Source: Eledone cirrhosa | Taxonomy: Eukaryota | Assembly: GCA_964016885.1 (NCBI GenBank) | Contig: CAXHJY010001587.1 | Coordinates: 1-64,000 of the forward strand | Length of the DNA stretch: 64,000 nucleotides | Direction of reading: 5' to 3' | In this document: in pieces, positions 59,395-64,000 of the stretch | How the letters are laid out: each line of letters begins with the position of its first letter | Numbering within the stretch: the stretch's first letter is position 1 | Made by a program: the position numbers and the translations under genes | The notes under the pieces: generated by a model | Database searches by the model: none | Seen by the model: only the letters and a program-made list of their open reading frames with translations | Told to the model about the DNA's origin: nothing

Positions 59395-59985
59395 CTGCCA
59401 ACTCGTTTTCGAGTACGGCCACTACTTTATATCCATGTAGGAGAACCCCTACCGATGCGCTAAACAAGTGTGACTTTTAGTCCAGCCAGCGACTTGAAAA
59501 CTCTGGTACAAACACTACACCTGTGACAATTATTGACACAGTGTTGGGGCCTTGGTACCATGTGACGACAAGTGTAGAGAGATCTCCAGATACAAAGCAA
59601 TGCCTGTGCCGTGAAGCTTTTATAGTGAGCAAAGGCACTGCACAAAGCCAGTCCCACTCTCTTAACCCGAGTTGATATTTACCAAAAAGAAGAATAAGTC
59701 AACATCATTGGATACCATCAGGGTTGCAGGTGTTATATCAGAGTTTTCCTTCTCCTAGAATTCTGCCTTGACAAAGGCTAAGGGGTCATCTCTCCCGGTG
59801 ATTTTGGATGGCCATTGACTCTTAAGAGCTCCTTTGCCCTTTTGACAGGTTTTGTTTTTAGTCCTGCAGGATGTCCAAAGTCACCCTCCTCACCAAGAAT
59901 CCTTGGTGGGGTTGCCAGTTTAGTCGCCAACAACGCGACCATGGGACAGGTTGTACTGGGATACATGTTACCAGTAGCACCAACT
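59395..59985 (-). mobile_element. Degraded LINE fragment(s), RTE-like
   Basis: C2H2-like HRCSVCTRVFKSLAGLK on the minus strand, plus a gagttttccttctcctag..aaggcta segment I associate with RTE UTRs. Confidence 0.45.
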
Positions 59986-60044
59986 GGTATATATACATAC
60001 ATATATATGCATGTATATATACATACATATATATGCATGTATAT

Positions 60045-60098
<54 letters not shown>

Positions 60099-60146
60099 AT
60101 ATACATGCATGTATATATATATATATATATATACATGCATGTATAT

Positions 60147-60178
<32 letters not shown>

Positions 60179-60292
60179 CACAATATATACATATCAATGT
60201 GTGTCCGTCCGTGTGTGTAAGTATTTGTTTGTTTATCAGTCTATACGTATCTACCTGTCTATTTATCTAAAAATCTATCTTTATATATATAT

Positions 60293-60335
<43 letters not shown>

Positions 60336-60476
60336 AATATATATATATATATATATAATGAGAGTGTGTGTGTGTTTGTCAATCAGTCTATAATTATCTA
60401 TCTATCTACCAGTCTATTGTCCTTGCTCAATACTCATCTGTCTGTTTACCTATCTCTCTATCTCTCTCTCTATCTA

Positions 60477-60507
<31 letters not shown>

Positions 60508-60512
60508 ATCTA

Positions 60513-60549
<37 letters not shown>

Positions 60550-60570
60550 CTATCTATCTCTCTATCTATC

Positions 60571-60623
<53 letters not shown>

Positions 60624-60707
60624 ATCTCTATCTCACTCTCTCACCCTCTCTCTCTCTCTCTCTTTCTCAACATATTTACTCTTTTAAACGGTATTTTTGG
60701 GGGAATC

Positions 60708-60745
<38 letters not shown>

Positions 60746-60747
60746 CA

Positions 60748-60814
<67 letters not shown>

Positions 60815-60827
60815 TGTGTGATAGAGT

Positions 60828-60911
<84 letters not shown>

Positions 60912-61274
60912 AGGCAAGTGTGTGTTCATGCATCTCCATGTTTCAATTATTTCATTCTCGTGCCTGCTGAGCCGTCTAACTCATAACTCAAATCCAAGTG
61001 CCATCATATTCATTATTTGCTGCTAAAATAGCTCATCATCATTTATCAATATGGCCACGTTATTGCCTGACTTAAAGCTTTTTATTACGTACACTGCCAT
61101 TTTGACGAGATCCTACCGCCATTTTGACTAGCCGATATCGCCATAAAAATATTATATAGCACTAAAATACAACACTGCCTTTTTCTCTCTTTTTCTTTCA
61201 ATTTAGCTCTTCTGTCTTCTCCTCCTCCCCTCACTCATGCACACACTCTCATTCTCTCACACACATACATGCAT

Positions 61275-61338
<64 letters not shown>

Positions 61339-61417
61339 ATGTATGTATATATTATATATATATATATAAACATATATACATCTATATTTATTTATGTATA
61401 TATACATGTTTATATAC

Positions 61418-61466
<49 letters not shown>

Positions 61467-62185
61467 TGTATGTATATACATATATGCATATATAAGGGAT
61501 TCTTTGCTCGACGGGTAAGCTTCGATCGTTTCGATATACGATACAGTTGTACCTAAAACAGTCAATCATTTTAACATGCACATAAACTAATCTACAGCAA
61601 TCAGAGTCATAAATACAAAAATGTTGCAGTGACTTCGAAGTTTCGGCTTCATCTAGCAGCCAGATCGGAAAAATATTCCTTCATCTTCTAACATTAGACT
61701 TTCCTCCTGACAATCCAAATTCACAAAAAGTAAGTTACCCAACACTAATAAACCGTTCTAATCATCTATCAACTATTAATATTAATTATTTCTGTATCAG
61801 CATTCCAAACATCTACTGCCATTCAAGAAGCATGTCCAGTCAAAGACAATTATCAAGAAATATCAGTTATCTAAGCAATCACTGTCACAACAAACATTAA
61901 TCATTACCGCATTGATTACATTAGATTGACAGCAAATCAATTTAAGATTAGATCTTATCCACATAATTATACCATTAAAAACATAGCTAAGACGGCAGAT
62001 ATCTGGGGATGGGAAGAACTATTCATTTAAAGATTAGTTGACACATTTTAAAGAAAAAGCAATATCTTACACACATTTCATTTACAGTTTCTATGTTGCG
62101 TCTTTAATTGGCTTAATTTCATTTCCACGGCGTAACTTTTTTGTTAAAAAGACACAACTGTGATACATGCATAGAAAGAGAGGGT

Positions 62186-62345
62186 GGTCTTCTACAGGAC
62201 TAGAACTGTTTCATTCGTATGAAATCATCAGGAATAGCTAGGAAGGATTATTTCATACGAATGAAACACTTCTAGTCCTGCATTTCTCATTTTTATATAT
62301 AATAAATTATGTTTCTTTTCTACTAACACATTGAGTACCATATAT
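62186..62345. mobile_element. Family B fold-back: hammerhead 62186-62238(-) plus inverted partial copy and tail (+)
   Basis: Minus strand: attc-CTGATGA-tttc-atac-gaat-GAAA-cag-ttctagtc-ctg-TA-gaag. The inverted copy at 62247-62280 is followed by cattgagtacc. Confidence 0.8.
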
Positions 62346-62399
62346 AATTGGGTGGGGGGATCCGATCCCCTTCGGAAACAAGGTAATCATCATTTCGTT

Positions 62400-64000
62400 T
62401 CAATTTACATGGATATACGTGAATTTTGGCATTATCACTAATTACCTGTTGGTTATAATTAAGAATTCTGCTATTTATTTTTGCAATGTTTTGAACCATA
62501 TTCATAGTTGTAGAGTAAGTTAGCTTAACTGTGTGTCTATTGAAGATAGAGTAGTATGTATGTGTTCTAGGGAAACATTTATCTAATGCTTTAAAAAATA
62601 ATTGTGCTAGGGGTGTTTTAATAGCTAAAGATGCTGGTGGTGCATACCAAATAAGAGATTTAGTTCTGATTTTATTCCTCGATTTATTCACGAAATTAGT
62701 ATTTTTATTTATATTTAAATTATTTTTATTTTTAGAGTCTGCTTTATTTATATTATTCCTATTATCATTTAGTTTATAATTAGAATTACTATTATCTAGA
62801 TATTCAATATTATTTTTATATCCTGCCTTATGCAACGCTTCATTCTAATATCCAGCTTTGTTATTAAAAATGGATTTGTTAGCAGATAATCTAGTTAGAG
62901 TTGTTTAACACTATTGACTATTGCATTTTTAACACATTTAGGATGGTTGGAATGAAAGCTAACATAATTTAGGTTTTCATTGGGTTTATGGAAGGGGTAA
63001 TATAGTTCTAAATTTAAATTAAGGGTGACATCAAGGAAGTTAACTACTTTACTGTTACTTTCTACTTCTAATTTCAGGTCATAATTTTTAAAGAATTCTA
63101 TAATTGTTTTCTTTACCCTATTTAGTTCACTATTGCTATGTTTAACTACAGTAAATAATATCTCCGGCAATTTTCTATTTATCATATTAAGGATAAAAAT
63201 TCCAAGAAGATCGCTGACCTGCGCAGAATCGGACGATCCTATGGTAATGTCGAAAAAACATTAACTAAGTGAGAAATGATTTTGACTTTTATTAATAATT
63301 CTGAGTGAGAAAAGATATTGACTCTGATTAATAATTCTTGTAATGATTTTATTATTGCTATTATTAATATTGGCTATAAGGATTCTACCTAACCATAGAA
63401 ATTGTTTACCTGCTCTTTTAATGAGTATGTTAATCTCTTGATTGTTTAAATACCCGTAGTTTTGATTTAATATTTTTTAAATCCTGTATCTTATAAATTT
63501 GATATCTGTAATATCTTCAGACTCGTAAACCGTTTAATTACTTTGAATGTTTGATTACGTCGTACGAAGATATTGTTTACATTTATCGTATAAAAGTTTC
63601 GTTTTATCTAAATTGATTAATAATCTGTACGTAACTTGATGTATAGTATTGAATACAGAAAAATCTAGTTAAATCAAAATTATAACACTCTTAAGTGTAA
63701 TTATAAGTAATAATTATTATATATAATTGACAAATATCGATTTAAATCTTATAGTTTATAAATGAACTATACAAATGCTAATATCTAAATAAATCCGGTT
63801 TAATAATATCATATTTACTACATTTATAAGCACTATGGTTAGTTAATAACATTTTAAATTTTTAATTTTGATCTTTCTAACTAAATTATTGAGTATATTT
63901 AATAATTTAATTATACGCATGATTACCCTTGGAATTATGTTAAATTGAATTATCTTTTTCACTATATATTTGTTTTAATTTTAATATAATATATTTTCTT
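62400..64000 (-). pseudogene. Penelope-like retroelement RT pseudogene (Naiad-like)
   Basis: FFDITIGSSDSAQVSDLLGIFIL (~63185-63258), VNFLDV..FHKPN..YVSFHSNHPK, and LIWYAPP..FFKALDKCFP..H..IFNRHTVKLTYS. The catalytic YxDD is deleted, and there are stops and frameshifts. The extension to the window end is inferred. Confidence 0.85.

Noticed and set aside
61495-61580. Minus-strand GAAAcgatcg half-hammerhead next to a TA tract
   Set aside because: Lacks the UH triplet and an identifiable CUGANGA; possibly a decayed copy but unsupported.
62323-62400. C-terminus of ORF 62323-62835 as PLE coding sequence
   Set aside because: It overlaps the inverted family B tail and is probably read-through; no GIY-YIG domain was found downstream.

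Overview
Microsatellite-saturated eukaryotic DNA, probably intronic or intergenic. It is most likely cephalopod (Octopus-like), inferred from its tRNA-derived SINEs and the extreme (TA)n/(CA)n/(GA)n load. Almost all entries in the ORF track are simple-repeat artefacts. The recognisable coding remnants are all transposon relics: a Penelope-like RT pseudogene (Naiad-like motifs) at the right end, Tx1/L1, RTE and R4-like LINE fragments, and a mariner relic. A few weak host-exon candidates are also present. The main signal is about a dozen unrelated short non-coding element families (labelled A-M here) wedged between (TA)n tracts. Most carry a type I hammerhead ribozyme (CUGANGA/GAAA/UH core, often with a palindromic minimal stem III as in Penelope-element hammerheads). 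Several have non-canonical cores: a compensated U3-A8 pair, an extra U after A9 with covarying stem II, and CUGAAAGA. Six families share an 11-nt motif (YRTYGAGTRCY) downstream of the cleavage site. Many occur as head-to-head fold-back palindromes or as multi-family concatenates. All structures were folded by eye; no activity or database evidence is available.
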